From: an uncultured Bacilli bacterium
GTDB taxonomy: Bacteria > Bacillota_I > Bacilli_A > RF39 > UBA660
Reading direction: 5' to 3'
NCBI GenBank assembly: GCA_944331895.1
Contig: CALVIX010000003.1
Span: 5,010-69,009, forward strand
Length of the DNA: 64,000 bases
Numbering within the stretch: the first letter of the stretch is position 1; each line of letters opens with the position of its first letter. Below are positions 48,829 through 62,569 of the stretch, piece by piece. The notes beneath the pieces are model-generated. The model had not been told where the DNA came from and did no database searches. It was given only the letters and a program-made list of their open reading frames with translations. Made by a program: the position numbers and the translations under genes.

Positions 48829-50997
48829 TTATAAGCGCATTGGTGATAGATCAATATCTAAATTCACTTTGCGATGTGGTTGATAAAGGTCGATTAAAAA
48901 ATGACACATTTGCAATAAAGGCTTCGTATGTTTATACTTTATCATAATTTGAACAGAGTATATTTGATTTACCTTTGGCATAGAAGATGCATTAGGTCCT
49001 AAAATAATCTGATCCTTTTCATTTTCCTTACGTAAATACTTCGCGATCTTGGTAATTTCCTTCCATACTTCCTTTTCGTCTTTTCCCGTCATTTTAATGA
49101 GTGCTAAATTTTGATATGGTGGATACCCTAGTTTTTTTCGCAATGACATCTCCTGCTGATAGAAGGCCTGATAATCATGCTTGGCAGCTGTTTTTATACT
49201 GTAATGATCTATATTAAAGGCTTGAATCATAACTTTACCAGGTTTTTCTGCACGTCCTGCTCTCCCTGCAACTTGATTTAATAACTGAAATGTTCTCTCT
49301 GCGCTGCGAAAGTCAGGTAAGTTCAAAGAGGCATCTCCATTGATCACACCAACTAAAGTAACATTAGGAAAATCTAATCCTTTCGCAATCATCTGCGTTC
49401 CAATTAAAATATCATATTCATGATTCTGAAAAGAACGAATAATCTTCTCATGGCTTCCCTTTCGGGTTGTCGTATCGATATCCATGCGGATCACTCTCGC
49501 GTTTGGATAACGCTCTTCTATCATTTCCACTAACTTCTCAGTTCCAAGACCTCGCCCATTGATATCATGTTCATGACAAACAGGACACTCTGTTAACAAT
49601 CTCGTTCCATACCCACAATAATGACATCGCATCGTATGACTTGTTTTGTGATATGTAAGTGGTATATCACAATTTGGACAATTATGGACAAACCCACAGT
49701 GATGACAGGAAATGACCGTTTGATATCCCCTTCGATTTAAAAGAAGAATCGTCTGTTCCTTCTTTTCCAAACGATCTTGGATTGCATCTTCCAATGCAGA
49801 AGACAAAATCGAATGCCCTTTTTTTATCTCTTTTCGCATGTCAATACGAATCACTTCAGGTAAATTAGAAGAAACACGATGATGCATCTCCAACAAGTGA
49901 TAAATACCTGTTTTCGCACGTGTATAACTTTCAATTTGGGGAGTCGCACTTCCTAAGATGACTGGAATTTGATAATACTGTCCTCTTTTGAGTGCAATAT
50001 CGATCGCATGATACTTCGGATGATTTTCTTGCTTATAAGTCATAGAATGTTCTTCATCTATGATAATCATCCCAAGATTCGTAAATGGAGCAAAAATCGC
50101 ACTGCGAGCACCAATTACAATATGGACTTCTCCATTTTCGATCTTTCTCCATTCATCATATTTCTCTCCTTGTGATAAACGACTATGTAAAATAGCAATA
50201 TCAGATCCAAACCTCTTTTTAAAATGATCTACCATCTGTGGCGTTAAACTGATTTCTGGAACAAGTACAATTGCTTCTTTTCCTTCTTTTACAACTTCGC
50301 CAATCCACTGCATATAAACTTCTGTCTTCCCGCTTCCCGTTACTCCATGTAATAAACAAGGATAAAACTGAGTTCGATGAGAAAATACATCCTCCCAAAC
50401 TTTTTCTTGTTCTTCAGTCAAAGGAAATGGTTTTTCCAATACATCGACTTCATCTTGTAATCTGTAAACTTCTTCCTGAAACTCAGTTAATACCTCTTTT
50501 TTAATTAACGTTTGTACTGCCGAAGCAGAAATATTACATGCTTCTTTTTTTTCAATATATGTACGCATTTCAAATAAATCTAAAATCTTCTTTTGAAGTG
50601 GCGTCTCATTTCCACTCACTTTATTTATCTTCAAATATGTTTGATATTTCTTAGGAACTGAAACCCCAACGCGTGCCTTTAATGCGGTAGGAAGCATCGT
50701 TTGATAACAAAAAATTTTCTTAGAAAGCGTCTTTTTACTCATATAATCGCCAAGCTTTAAAAGTTCTTCTGTCAATACTGGTTTTTCATCTATCATCGTT
50801 TCTATTTCTTTCAATTCGTACGTTCCATTTTGTTCTTCCAAAAGTGCTGTCACAAACCCTTCCAAAGTCTGCTTTCCAAAAGGAACACGAACTCGACATC
50901 CTACTTTTATTTTTGGCTCCATTTCTCTTGGAACGAGGTAAGAAAATGTCTGATCTATATTTTTGGCTTTGCTCTCCGTTAGTACTTCTGCTATCAT
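48829..50997 (-). CDS. priA: Primosomal protein N'
   Basis: GVTGSGKT, DEEH, four CxxC, QVAGRAGR. Confidence 0.97.
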   Translation of the reverse strand: MIAEVLTESKAKNIDQTFSYLVPREMEPKIKVGCRVRVPFGKQTLEGFVTALLEEQNGTYELKEIETMIDEKPVLTEELLKLGDYMSKKTLSKKIFCYQTMLPTALKARVGVSVPKKYQTYLKINKVSGNETPLQKKILDLFEMRTYIEKKEACNISASAVQTLIKKEVLTEFQEEVYRLQDEVDVLEKPFPLTEEQEKVWEDVFSHRTQFYPCLLHGVTGSGKTEVYMQWIGEVVKEGKEAIVLVPEISLTPQMVDHFKKRFGSDIAILHSRLSQGEKYDEWRKIENGEVHIVIGARSAIFAPFTNLGMIIIDEEHSMTYKQENHPKYHAIDIALKRGQYYQIPVILGSATPQIESYTRAKTGIYHLLEMHHRVSSNLPEVIRIDMRKEIKKGHSILSSALEDAIQDRLEKKEQTILLLNRRGYQTVISCHHCGFVHNCPNCDIPLTYHKTSHTMRCHYCGYGTRLLTECPVCHEHDINGRGLGTEKLVEMIEERYPNARVIRMDIDTTTRKGSHEKIIRSFQNHEYDILIGTQMIAKGLDFPNVTLVGVINGDASLNLPDFRSAERTFQLLNQVAGRAGRAEKPGKVMIQAFNIDHYSIKTAAKHDYQAFYQQEMSLRKKLGYPPYQNLALIKMTGKDEKEVWKEITKIAKYLRKENEKDQIILGPNASSMPKVNQIYSVQIMIKYKHTKPLLQMCHFLIDLYQPHRKVNLDIDLSPMRL

Positions 50998-51059
50998 AGT
51001 CTCACCTCTTTATCCTACTATATCATTCTAAACAAAAGATCGTCAACAAAAAAAGATTT

Positions 51060-52220
51060 CTAAAAAACCTTTTTCCTCTTTTGAAATTGAATTAACTCTT
51101 CCACATCTTCTCCGATTTTATAAAAAATAGGTGTGGGAAATCTTTCCATTAAATCTTCGTTAAAATGTGGCACAAACACACCTTCTTCAACGTCTTCTAA
51201 AAACATATTTCCATAAGTTGCCAACACTTTGTTATCTTTTAAATATTCATTATTATTCGCGTAGCAATATTGATTTATCATTTTTAAAATTTCATAAATT
51301 AAATTAGAGTAATCTACATTGATTCCCGTTTCTAAAAGATCGGATAAAAAATCGGTAAGTGCAAATAATCGATCAGGATTTAATGTAGGATCAATTAAGC
51401 GTAGTTCATTTTTTACGAAATTAAAATTGCCTGTATTATTCGCAACATGAAATAAATTAGGATCGATCATTTCAGATAACATGGATATCACCAAAGCTGG
51501 CACTTTATAGTATAAATCATCGATCAGAGGATACCCATAATACTCTGCCGAGATTAAATCAGCAAGCCCCTCCGTCGTTTTATATCCAATTTCAGAATTT
51601 TTTTGAACGCCACAACTTCCCTTTTCTTTGTGATTTGTAAGTAAATGTATCTTTTCATGATCCAAAAGAAATTGTTCTTTTTCTTGATATCCCAACAAGT
51701 TGCATGATTGATCATAAGTTCCCGAAAAATTATCGCGAAAATCTTTTTGCCTCATGCGTACAGTTCGATAAAGTTCGTATAATCTTTTAAAGTCCATGCA
51801 AGGAGCTGTCTTCAAATAATAGTTTAATTGATAAAGCTGATCTTTTTCCCACTGTGATAGTCTTTTATTTTTCTCAATTGCTTGATTTAACAATAAAATT
51901 CTTTCTCTTTTTGACATTGTCTTAATGTCTATACTTTTTTTATTAAATGGATTTTCAAAAGAAATAATAAATTCTCTTCCACGTTGAATTAAGTATTGTA
52001 ATTCTTCCTTCATACAATATAATACTATCATATACTGATGACCAAAGTTAATACCTTCACTATGAAGTAAATGTGCGTTATGATTATTCCCTTCATATTC
52101 GCCTAGAAATGTATCGACAAGTTGGCTTCCTCGAAACAGATAAGTTTCTGATTCGTATGAATATGATACTTCGATCGTTTCTCCATGATATTCGATTTTT
52201 CCTAAATATAATTCATTCAT
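51060..52220 (-). CDS. Orphan gluzincin-like metalloprotease
   Basis: HEKIH followed by TEGLA (third ligand). GAGGGG RBS. No signal peptide. Confidence 0.7.
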   Translation of the reverse strand: MNELYLGKIEYHGETIEVSYSYESETYLFRGSQLVDTFLGEYEGNNHNAHLLHSEGINFGHQYMIVLYCMKEELQYLIQRGREFIISFENPFNKKSIDIKTMSKRERILLLNQAIEKNKRLSQWEKDQLYQLNYYLKTAPCMDFKRLYELYRTVRMRQKDFRDNFSGTYDQSCNLLGYQEKEQFLLDHEKIHLLTNHKEKGSCGVQKNSEIGYKTTEGLADLISAEYYGYPLIDDLYYKVPALVISMLSEMIDPNLFHVANNTGNFNFVKNELRLIDPTLNPDRLFALTDFLSDLLETGINVDYSNLIYEILKMINQYCYANNNEYLKDNKVLATYGNMFLEDVEEGVFVPHFNEDLMERFPTPIFYKIGEDVEELIQFQKRKKVF

Positions 52221-52291
52221 GCAATCCCCTCACATAGTGGTCTATTATAACAAAAATAAAACAGAATGAAAAGATCATTCTGTCGTTTTAA

Positions 52292-52639
52292 CTAAAACAC
52301 TCCGAACAATTCTGCAACGAAATTAACCATAAACGACTGTACGACAATCGTTGTCAATACTGAAAAAGCTGCAAAACTTATTTTGATAAAAGCATTCTTT
52401 TTTTCCTCGATGGAACTAATGATATAAAATAGTGCTATAACAAAAATTAAAATATTATCTATCCAAAGCAAAATATTAAATGGTGTAGAAACTAATAGTT
52501 CATTGAGTCCCATCGTATCATAGGAACAATTATAAATCATGTTAGTAAATAATAGTGCATTGATTACAAGACTAATACCTGTTAAAACAACTAAAATAAT
52601 TCCTACCATCTGATTAAAATTTTTAATCTCTCTTTTCAT
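52292..52639 (-). CDS. Small 3-TM membrane protein
   Basis: AGGAGG RBS; three hydrophobic segments. Confidence 0.75.
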   Translation of the reverse strand: MKREIKNFNQMVGIILVVLTGISLVINALLFTNMIYNCSYDTMGLNELLVSTPFNILLWIDNILIFVIALFYIISSIEEKKNAFIKISFAAFSVLTTIVVQSFMVNFVAELFGVF

Positions 52640-52686
52640 CTTGTCCTCCTATTATCATTATAACACGATCAAAAAAAAGAAATCAA

Positions 52687-55262
<2,576 letters not shown>

Positions 55263-55460
55263 GTTTTCACCTTCCTATTTCATTATAACATTATTCTTTT
55301 TCTTTGTTAATATACAGACATTTTCTTGACAAAAAAACATGTGCGATATATCTTCTAATTTCGACAAAAATACAAGTAAAAAGGTGTTTTTTTCTCAATC
55401 TCGTCTTTATGTTTTACATAATCCATGATATAATATTTCTATAAGAGAGGATGAGGGGCA

Positions 55461-56711
55461 ATGTCTATTAGAGAGTTATCTACAGAAGAGTTCAATCTAT
55501 TTATCAACGCATTTCAAAAGACAAGCGTGTATCAGACAAGCGAATATGCTCTTGCTATGAGTCATCAAGAATATCAATCTTTATTATTAGGTCTCGTAGA
55601 TGAACACAGTAACATTTATGGCGCCACTTTAATCCTCGTCGAAAAATTAGGTGGTTTTAAATATGCAACCGCACCACGTGGGTTCTTAATCGATTATAAC
55701 AATCCTGAACTCATATCCATCTTTACGAAAGAAATCAAAAAATATCTCGGAAAAAAAGATATTATTGCAGTTAAAATCGCACCAATCATCGAACGCATGC
55801 GATATCAGATCAACGAAAAAACAAAAACAACGACGACAAACTATGATACAACGTTCGATGTACTCAAAAAAAACGGATACTTTCACATGGGATATAACAA
55901 TTACTTTGAATCTATACTACCTAGATACGAAGCAGAATTAAAATTAAATGTTCCATACTATACTCTGTTTGAACAACTCAATCCAGAACTACAAGAACAC
56001 ATTCGTTTTTCTGAACAAATGGGAGTTAAAATATATAAAGGTAATCAAAATCACCTAGAATACTTATATTTAGAAGTAAAAGATGAATATCCAAGGGATT
56101 TAAATTTCTTGAAACAATTTTATCAGTACTTTGATACAAGGCAAGCAGTTGAATTTTACTATGCCAAGTTAGACACGGAAGTTTACTTGAAAAAATCACA
56201 AGAACTCTATCAAGAATACGAGGCAAGATCAAATGAACTCAATACTCTTTTATTAAGACAAGATCTTTCAAAAGAAAAAGTGATCAATGAAAAAATGCGT
56301 GTTGATCGTTTATTCGATCAATATAAAAATCAGCTGATTCAAGCAACAAATCTTCTAAGAGAATATCCAAAAGGAGTGATTTTATCTTCCCTACTCATCG
56401 TTAAACATAAAAAAACAGTCTATACTATACTCGATGGTTATAATCACCAAATGAAAGAATTTTCAGCAAGACATTTACTCTTCTGGAAAGTAATCGAAAA
56501 ATATTCTCGGCTCGGATTTGAGACATTTAACTTTGGTGGCGTTGCGAACCCGACATTAGCGGAAAATAAAATGAAAGAATTAAACGACTTTAAAACTTCT
56601 TTTCATACTGAGATCGTCGAATACATTGGTGATTTAGAACTTATTACAAATGCACCACTCTATTTCATGTATCGCAATACAGCACCACTTAAAAATATAT
56701 TTAGTAAATAA
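55461..56711 (+). CDS. Second, divergent FemAB-family protein
   Basis: APRGFLIDY, coiled coil, FNFGGV, FKTSF, EYIGD. Confidence 0.85.
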   Translation: MSIRELSTEEFNLFINAFQKTSVYQTSEYALAMSHQEYQSLLLGLVDEHSNIYGATLILVEKLGGFKYATAPRGFLIDYNNPELISIFTKEIKKYLGKKDIIAVKIAPIIERMRYQINEKTKTTTTNYDTTFDVLKKNGYFHMGYNNYFESILPRYEAELKLNVPYYTLFEQLNPELQEHIRFSEQMGVKIYKGNQNHLEYLYLEVKDEYPRDLNFLKQFYQYFDTRQAVEFYYAKLDTEVYLKKSQELYQEYEARSNELNTLLLRQDLSKEKVINEKMRVDRLFDQYKNQLIQATNLLREYPKGVILSSLLIVKHKKTVYTILDGYNHQMKEFSARHLLFWKVIEKYSRLGFETFNFGGVANPTLAENKMKELNDFKTSFHTEIVEYIGDLELITNAPLYFMYRNTAPLKNIFSK

Positions 56712-56770
56712 ACGTGAGAAAATATCTCACGTTTTTATTTAACTAAAAAAAGAATCCGAAGATTCTTTTT
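56710..56770. terminator. Back-to-back intrinsic terminators (fem gene and tuf)
   Basis: AACGTGAGA/TCTCACGTT with T-run; AAAGAATC-CGAA-GATTCTTT. Confidence 0.75.
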
Positions 56771-56776
56771 GTTTTA

Positions 56777-57961
56777 TTATTCAACGATTTCAGAAACGTT
56801 TCCAGCACCAACTGTACGTCCACCTTCACGGATTGAGAATTTCGTTCCGTTTTCGATAGCGATTGAGCTGATTAACTCTACTGTCATTTCTACGTTGTCT
56901 CCTGGCATTACCATTTCTACTCCTGCTGGTAACTCGATTACTCCAGTTACGTCAGTTGTACGGAAATAGAATTGTGGACGGTAATTTGAGAAGAATGGAG
57001 TATGACGTCCACCTTCTTCTTTGCTAAGTACATAAACTTGAGCTTTGAATTTCTTGTGTGGAGTCACTGAACCTGGTTTAGCTAATACTTGACCACGTTC
57101 TACATCTTCACGAGCAATACCACGTAATAATACTCCGGCATTATCTCCTGCTTCTGCATAGTCTAATTGTTTACGGAACATTTCAATTCCTGTAACAACA
57201 GATTTTTGAGTTGGTTTAATACCAACGATTTCAACTTCGTCGTTAAGTTTTAATTGTCCACGTTCTACACGACCTGTAACAACAGTTCCACGTCCTGTAA
57301 TTGTGAATACATCCTCAATTGGCATTAAGAATGGTTTGTCAGTATCACGAGCTGGAGTTTCGATCCAGTTATCAACTGCATCCATAAGTTCGTTGATAGC
57401 TCCAGTCCATTTTTCATCACCTTCAAGAGCTTTTAAAGCAGATCCACGGATGATTGGAGTGTTATCTCCATCGTATCCATATTCGCTTAATAACTCACGA
57501 ATTTCCATTTCAACTAAGTCTAATAATTCTTCATCATCTACCATATCACATTTGTTCATGAATACAACCATGCGAGGTACTCCAACTTGACGTGATAATA
57601 AGATGTGTTCACGAGTTTGGGCCATAGGTCCATCAGTTGCAGCAATAACTAAGATTGCTCCGTCCATTTGAGCAGCACCTGTGATCATGTTCTTTACATA
57701 ATCGGCGTGTCCTGGACAGTCTACGTGAGCGTAGTGACGTTTGTCAGTACGGTATTCAACGTGAGCAGTGTTAATTGTAATTCCACGTTCTCTTTCTTCT
57801 GGTGCCTTATCGATATCAGCATATCCTTCGAATTGAGCATATCCTTTATCAGATAATACTTTTGTAATAGCAGCAGTTAAAGTAGTTTTACCGTGGTCAA
57901 CGTGTCCGATTGTACCAATATTAACGTGTGGTAACGAACGGTCAAATTTTTCTTTTGCCAT
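56777..57961 (-). CDS. tuf: Elongation factor Tu
   Basis: [18 protein letters not shown]. Confidence 0.99.
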   Translation of the reverse strand: MAKEKFDRSLPHVNIGTIGHVDHGKTTLTAAITKVLSDKGYAQFEGYADIDKAPEERERGITINTAHVEYRTDKRHYAHVDCPGHADYVKNMITGAAQMDGAILVIAATDGPMAQTREHILLSRQVGVPRMVVFMNKCDMVDDEELLDLVEMEIRELLSEYGYDGDNTPIIRGSALKALEGDEKWTGAINELMDAVDNWIETPARDTDKPFLMPIEDVFTITGRGTVVTGRVERGQLKLNDEVEIVGIKPTQKSVVTGIEMFRKQLDYAEAGDNAGVLLRGIAREDVERGQVLAKPGSVTPHKKFKAQVYVLSKEEGGRHTPFFSNYRPQFYFRTTDVTGVIELPAGVEMVMPGDNVEMTVELISSIAIENGTKFSIREGGRTVGAGNVSEIVE

Positions 57962-58090
57962 AATAATTTCCTCCTTATATTTAACTTACATATTATATTT
58001 TATATGAACTCATGAGAAATATCAAGCATTTTTCATGAATTTATATCGAATTATTGGAAACCTTTGGAAAAAGGAACCCCCTTTTCCAAA

Positions 58091-60169
58091 TTAGTTTTGG
58101 CTTCCACCATTTTTCTTGATGATCTCTTCTGCAATGTTCTTTGGTACTTCTTCATAATGATCGAATACCATTGTAAATTGTCCACGTCCTTGCGTGTTAG
58201 AACGTAAGCTTGTTGCGTATCCAAACATCTCTGCAAGTGGCACTGTAGCATTGATTGCAAGTGCATTTCCACGTGATTCTTGACCAAGTGGACGTCCACG
58301 ACGTGAAGTAATGTCTCCCATAACATTTCCAAGATATTCATCTGGAACAATGACTTGTACTTTCATGATTGGTTCCAAAAGTACTGGAGCACATTTTTTC
58401 TTTGCTTCTTTTAATGCTAATGAAGCAGCAACTTTATATGCCATTTCTGATGAATCGACATCATGGTAAGAACCATCGAATAATGTTGCTTTAACGTCTA
58501 CCATAGGGTATCCAGCAAGCACACCTGTCTTCATTGCATCTTGAAGTCCTTTATCTGTTACTGGAATGTATTCACGAGGAACGACTCCACCAACAACAGC
58601 ATCAACGAACTCATATCCTTTATCTGGGTTTGGTTCAAACTTGATCCATACGTGTCCATATTGTCCACGTCCTCCAGATTGTTTAATGTACTTACCTTCA
58701 CACTCAGCAGCTTGCGTGATTGTCTCACGGTAAGATACTTGTGGTTGACCAATGTTAGCTTCTACACCAAATTCTCTTTTCATACGGTCAACGATGATAT
58801 CAAGGTGTAACTCACCCATTCCAGCGATGATCGTCTGTCCAGTTTCATGGTTTGTACTAGCTCTAAATGTTGGATCCTCTTCACTTAATTTCTGTAAAGC
58901 AATTCCCATCTTGTCTTGGTCACCTTTAGATTTTGGTTCTACTGCAAGTTCGATAACTGGTTCTGGGAATTCCATTGATTCCAAAATAACAGGATGTTTC
59001 TCATCACATAATGTATCTCCAGTTGTCGTATTTTTAAGACCTACTGCAGCAGCGATATCTCCAGCATATACATCTGTAATTTCTGTACGGTTGTTTGCAT
59101 GCATCAATAGTAAACGTCCGATTCTCTCTTTCGTTCCTTTCGTTGCATTCAATGTATAAGAACCACTACTTAAATGTCCTGAGTATACACGGAAGAATGT
59201 AAGACGTCCTACATATGGATCTGTCATTACTTTAAATGCTAATGCACTGAATGGTTCTGAATCACTTGGATGTCTTTCTACTTCATTTCCATCTTTATCT
59301 GTTCCTTTGATAGATTCGATATCAAGTGGAGATGGTAAATAGTCGACAACTGCATCTAGAAGTAATTTTACTCCGATGTTTCCAAGTGCAGTACCACATA
59401 ATACTGGGAAGAATTCAACAGCAAGCGTACCCTTACGGATCGCACGTTTGATTAAATCAACGCTAATTTCTTCATCCCCAAGATATTTTTCCATTAATTC
59501 GTCATCGAATTCAGCAACTGCTTCGATTAATTCGTTACGTTTTTCGTTTGCGATATCAACTAAGTCAGCTGGAATATCGATAACTTCTGGATTCTCTTCT
59601 TGTTTTCCATCATAATGGTATGCTGTCATCGTAACTAAATCGATAATACCATTAAATTCACTTTCTGCACCAATTGGCCATTCAATTGGTTTGGCATTGA
59701 CACCTAATCTTGAATCGATTGTGCTTAAGCTGTATTCAAAGTCAGCTCCCATCTTATCCATCTTGTTACAGAAGATCATACGAGGAACTTTGAATTCAGT
59801 TGCCTGACGCCAAACTGTCTCAGTTTGTGGCTCAACTCCTGCTTGTGAGTCGAGTAATGCCACTGCTCCATCTAGTACACGAAGAGAACGAGATACCTCA
59901 ACTGTAAAGTCTACGTGTCCTGGAGTGTCGATGATATTAAATCTATGACCTTTCCAGAAAGCAGTCGTAGCAGCTGATGTAATGGTAATTCCACGTTCTT
60001 GTTCTTGTTCCATCCAGTCCATCTGAGATTCTCCATCGTGAGTTTCTCCGATTTTGTGAATTTTACCAGTATGGAATAGTACACGTTCTGTACATGTTGT
60101 CTTTCCGGCATCGATATGCGCCATGATTCCAAGGTTACGTGTATTTTCTAAACTATATTCACGAGCCAT
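58091..60169 (-). CDS. fusA: Elongation factor G
   Basis: [19 protein letters not shown]. Confidence 0.99.
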   Translation of the reverse strand: MAREYSLENTRNLGIMAHIDAGKTTCTERVLFHTGKIHKIGETHDGESQMDWMEQEQERGITITSAATTAFWKGHRFNIIDTPGHVDFTVEVSRSLRVLDGAVALLDSQAGVEPQTETVWRQATEFKVPRMIFCNKMDKMGADFEYSLSTIDSRLGVNAKPIEWPIGAESEFNGIIDLVTMTAYHYDGKQEENPEVIDIPADLVDIANEKRNELIEAVAEFDDELMEKYLGDEEISVDLIKRAIRKGTLAVEFFPVLCGTALGNIGVKLLLDAVVDYLPSPLDIESIKGTDKDGNEVERHPSDSEPFSALAFKVMTDPYVGRLTFFRVYSGHLSSGSYTLNATKGTKERIGRLLLMHANNRTEITDVYAGDIAAAVGLKNTTTGDTLCDEKHPVILESMEFPEPVIELAVEPKSKGDQDKMGIALQKLSEEDPTFRASTNHETGQTIIAGMGELHLDIIVDRMKREFGVEANIGQPQVSYRETITQAAECEGKYIKQSGGRGQYGHVWIKFEPNPDKGYEFVDAVVGGVVPREYIPVTDKGLQDAMKTGVLAGYPMVDVKATLFDGSYHDVDSSEMAYKVAASLALKEAKKKCAPVLLEPIMKVQVIVPDEYLGNVMGDITSRRGRPLGQESRGNALAINATVPLAEMFGYATSLRSNTQGRGQFTMVFDHYEEVPKNIAEEIIKKNGGSQN

Positions 60170-60195
60170 ACGTCTCTTCCTTTCCTATAATATTA

Positions 60196-60663
60196 TTACC
60201 AACGGTAGTGAGCAAATGCTTTGTTTGCCTCTGCCATGCGGTGAGTATCTTCACGTTTCTTAACAGCTCCACCTGTACCGTTAGATGCATCGATAATTTC
60301 GTTTGCTAAGTTTTCTGCCATAGAGTGTCCACCTCTTAAACGTGCATATTGTACTAACCAACGAAGTCCTAATGCTTGACTACGATCAGGTCTTACTTCG
60401 ATTGGTACTTGGTAGTTTGCCCCACCAACACGACGAGATTTAACCTCTAATGCAGGTTTGATATTTTCCATTGCAGCTTGAAATACTTCCATTGGATCTT
60501 TTCCAGTTTTCTCTGCAACGATATCAAAAGATTTATAAAGAATTGTTTGTGCTTTTCCTTTTTTACCATCTACCATTAAACGGTTGATTAATTTTGTAAC
60601 TAATTTTGAATTGTACATAGGATCAGCAAGTACATCTCTTTTTACTGCTCTTCTCTTACGCAT
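60196..60663 (-). CDS. rpsG: 30S ribosomal protein S7
   Basis: [21 protein letters not shown]. Confidence 0.99.
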   Translation of the reverse strand: MRKRRAVKRDVLADPMYNSKLVTKLINRLMVDGKKGKAQTILYKSFDIVAEKTGKDPMEVFQAAMENIKPALEVKSRRVGGANYQVPIEVRPDRSQALGLRWLVQYARLRGGHSMAENLANEIIDASNGTGGAVKKREDTHRMAEANKAFAHYRW

Positions 60664-60689
60664 AATATCCTCCTTCCATCGTTTTTTTA

Positions 60690-61109
60690 TTATTTACTTG
60701 ATTTTGGTTTCTTTGTACCATATTTACTACGTCCTTGACGACGAGCATCAACTCCAGCTGTATCTAATGTTCCACGGATAATGTGATAACGAACTCCGAC
60801 TAAGTCCTTAACACGTCCTCCACGAATCATAACAACGCTATGTTCTTGTAAGTTGTGTCCTTCTCCTGGAATATAAGCAGTTACTTCCATTCCGTTTGAT
60901 AAACGAACACGAGCATATTTACGTAAAGCTGAGTTTGGTTTCTTTGGTGTCATTGTTCCAACACGAGTACATACTCCACGTTTTTGAGGAGAATTTTGGT
61001 TTGTTGCTTTCTTCTCTTTGCTGTTATATCCTCTGTTAAGTGCTGGTGCTTTTCCTTTGTATTTTTTTGCTTGTCTTCTTTTCTTTACTAATTGGTTAAT
61101 CGTTGGCAT
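60690..61109 (-). CDS. rpsL: 30S ribosomal protein S12
   Basis: MPTINQL, PKKPNSA, Firmicute-type N-terminal insertion. AAAGGAGG RBS. Confidence 0.99.
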   Translation of the reverse strand: MPTINQLVKKRRQAKKYKGKAPALNRGYNSKEKKATNQNSPQKRGVCTRVGTMTPKKPNSALRKYARVRLSNGMEVTAYIPGEGHNLQEHSVVMIRGGRVKDLVGVRYHIIRGTLDTAGVDARRQGRSKYGTKKPKSSK

Positions 61110-61201
61110 GTAGGTCCTCCTTTCTTTACACACTTCCAGGTGTTTCATTTTAACCCTTAATTAAAGATTTACCGAAGTAAACCTTAATTAAATGCAGTAA
61201 T

Positions 61202-61230
61202 AATATACCATTTTAATATATGATTGTCAA
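61202..61230 (-). promoter_or_regulatory. str operon promoter
   Basis: TTGACA-17 bp-TATATT with TG extension. Confidence 0.75.
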
Positions 61231-61253
61231 CACAATTTTTGCATATTTTTTTA

Positions 61254-61580
61254 TCAATTCAAAGATATATATTTTTCGTACTCTGCTGTAATCTTTTTGT
61301 TTTGTTTAAACAGAACTGAGTAAATCAAATATTCGTCCCATAAGACGAGTTGTTCCTGTGTTCTTTCGTCTAAAGCTGAAAAATCTTTTAAGAAATTCTT
61401 TAATCCTTCTAAATGTGTATTGATCTTTTCTCCCCTTCTACTGCGTACATCAGAATTTATCTTATATTTAATGAAAAATACAATTTCAGAGAGTATCACT
61501 GTTCCGATAAATAAAAGTACAAATACGGGTATCATGATAAGAACACATGCTCCTATCATCATAATAATATCACTATACAT
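61254..61580 (-). pseudogene. C-terminal fragment of a DUF2207-like membrane protein
   Basis: GLKNFLKDFS...LWDEYLIYSVLF. Only 108 aa, with an in-frame stop 6 codons upstream of the ATG. Confidence 0.55.
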
Positions 61581-61639
61581 CAGAGCTCCTACCCATTATA
61601 AAAAACAAGAAATCATGTGATCGACCATGATTTCCTTTT

Positions 61640-62515
61640 CTATTTCACTTCTGGTTCTACTGTCTCTACCTGTTTGAATTGCACATATGAATCATCTCTA
61701 AGTTCAAATGTAAATTTCAAACCAGCTAACTGATCTGCGTACTTACTAATCATTTCTTTTTCCTGGCTTATTCCAGATCCATAATCTTTACCATTGTTAT
61801 CAAAGGTTAACGAGAATAATACTCCACCCCTGTTTTCATATAAACGATATTGGTAATTAATATAATTTGTCGTTTGACCAGCTCTTTGTCGATAATAATA
61901 TTTCACCGTAGCTGTTACGATATTTCCCTCTTGTTGATAATCTGTTGAATAAATTACATACTGACTCAAAGGTGTAGTTCCACCGTTTCTATAACACATA
62001 TAATCTCCTGTCATGGTTACAGTTCCATCATTTGTATTATATGTCATTTTAGCTGGTTCAAAATTTGTTACTGATTTTAAATTAACATTAGCGTTTGTTC
62101 TTGACACTACATTTCCAGTTCCAAAATAATTTTCTAAAATTGCCTCGTATTCTTCTATATATAAAGTTAATTGTTGACATCCTGTCCCATCATCTGTCAT
62201 CGCTGAATCTTGATAAGTTTTAAATTCTCGAATCAATAAAAGTGAGATCAATCGTTTTTGTTCATCTGTTAACTGCTCCGGTTTTACCAACGATTGTTCA
62301 TAAAATGAATTATTGGAATTCATATACGCTCCGACAAATAAATTAATTTGTTCTTCTTGCACTTCTTTAAACTCTGTATTTGCATTTCCTTTGTTACCTT
62401 GATTATTCTCACTTTTCGTAAAAAAAGATCCAATAATCGTCAATAAAGTTACGATAATAACGGCGATTCCCAAATATAACAATGTCTTTTTCTGCTTTTC
62501 TTGTTCATCTAACAT
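61640..62515 (-). CDS. Hypothetical membrane-anchored surface protein
   Basis: N-terminal TM; Asn/Thr/Tyr-rich ectodomain; AGGAG RBS. Confidence 0.75.
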   Translation of the reverse strand: MLDEQEKQKKTLLYLGIAVIIVTLLTIIGSFFTKSENNQGNKGNANTEFKEVQEEQINLFVGAYMNSNNSFYEQSLVKPEQLTDEQKRLISLLLIREFKTYQDSAMTDDGTGCQQLTLYIEEYEAILENYFGTGNVVSRTNANVNLKSVTNFEPAKMTYNTNDGTVTMTGDYMCYRNGGTTPLSQYVIYSTDYQQEGNIVTATVKYYYRQRAGQTTNYINYQYRLYENRGGVLFSLTFDNNGKDYGSGISQEKEMISKYADQLAGLKFTFELRDDSYVQFKQVETVEPEVK

Positions 62516-62569
62516 AATAACGCTCCTATCTTTTTTTATTATAACTGATATCTAGATAAAATTCAACGA

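Noticed and set aside
56769-60781. Many antisense and alternative-frame ORFs over tuf/fusA/rpsG (and similar ones over gltX, pgsA, rnj, eno)
   Set aside because: Shadow ORFs produced by codon bias of real genes; no RBS or recognisable motifs.
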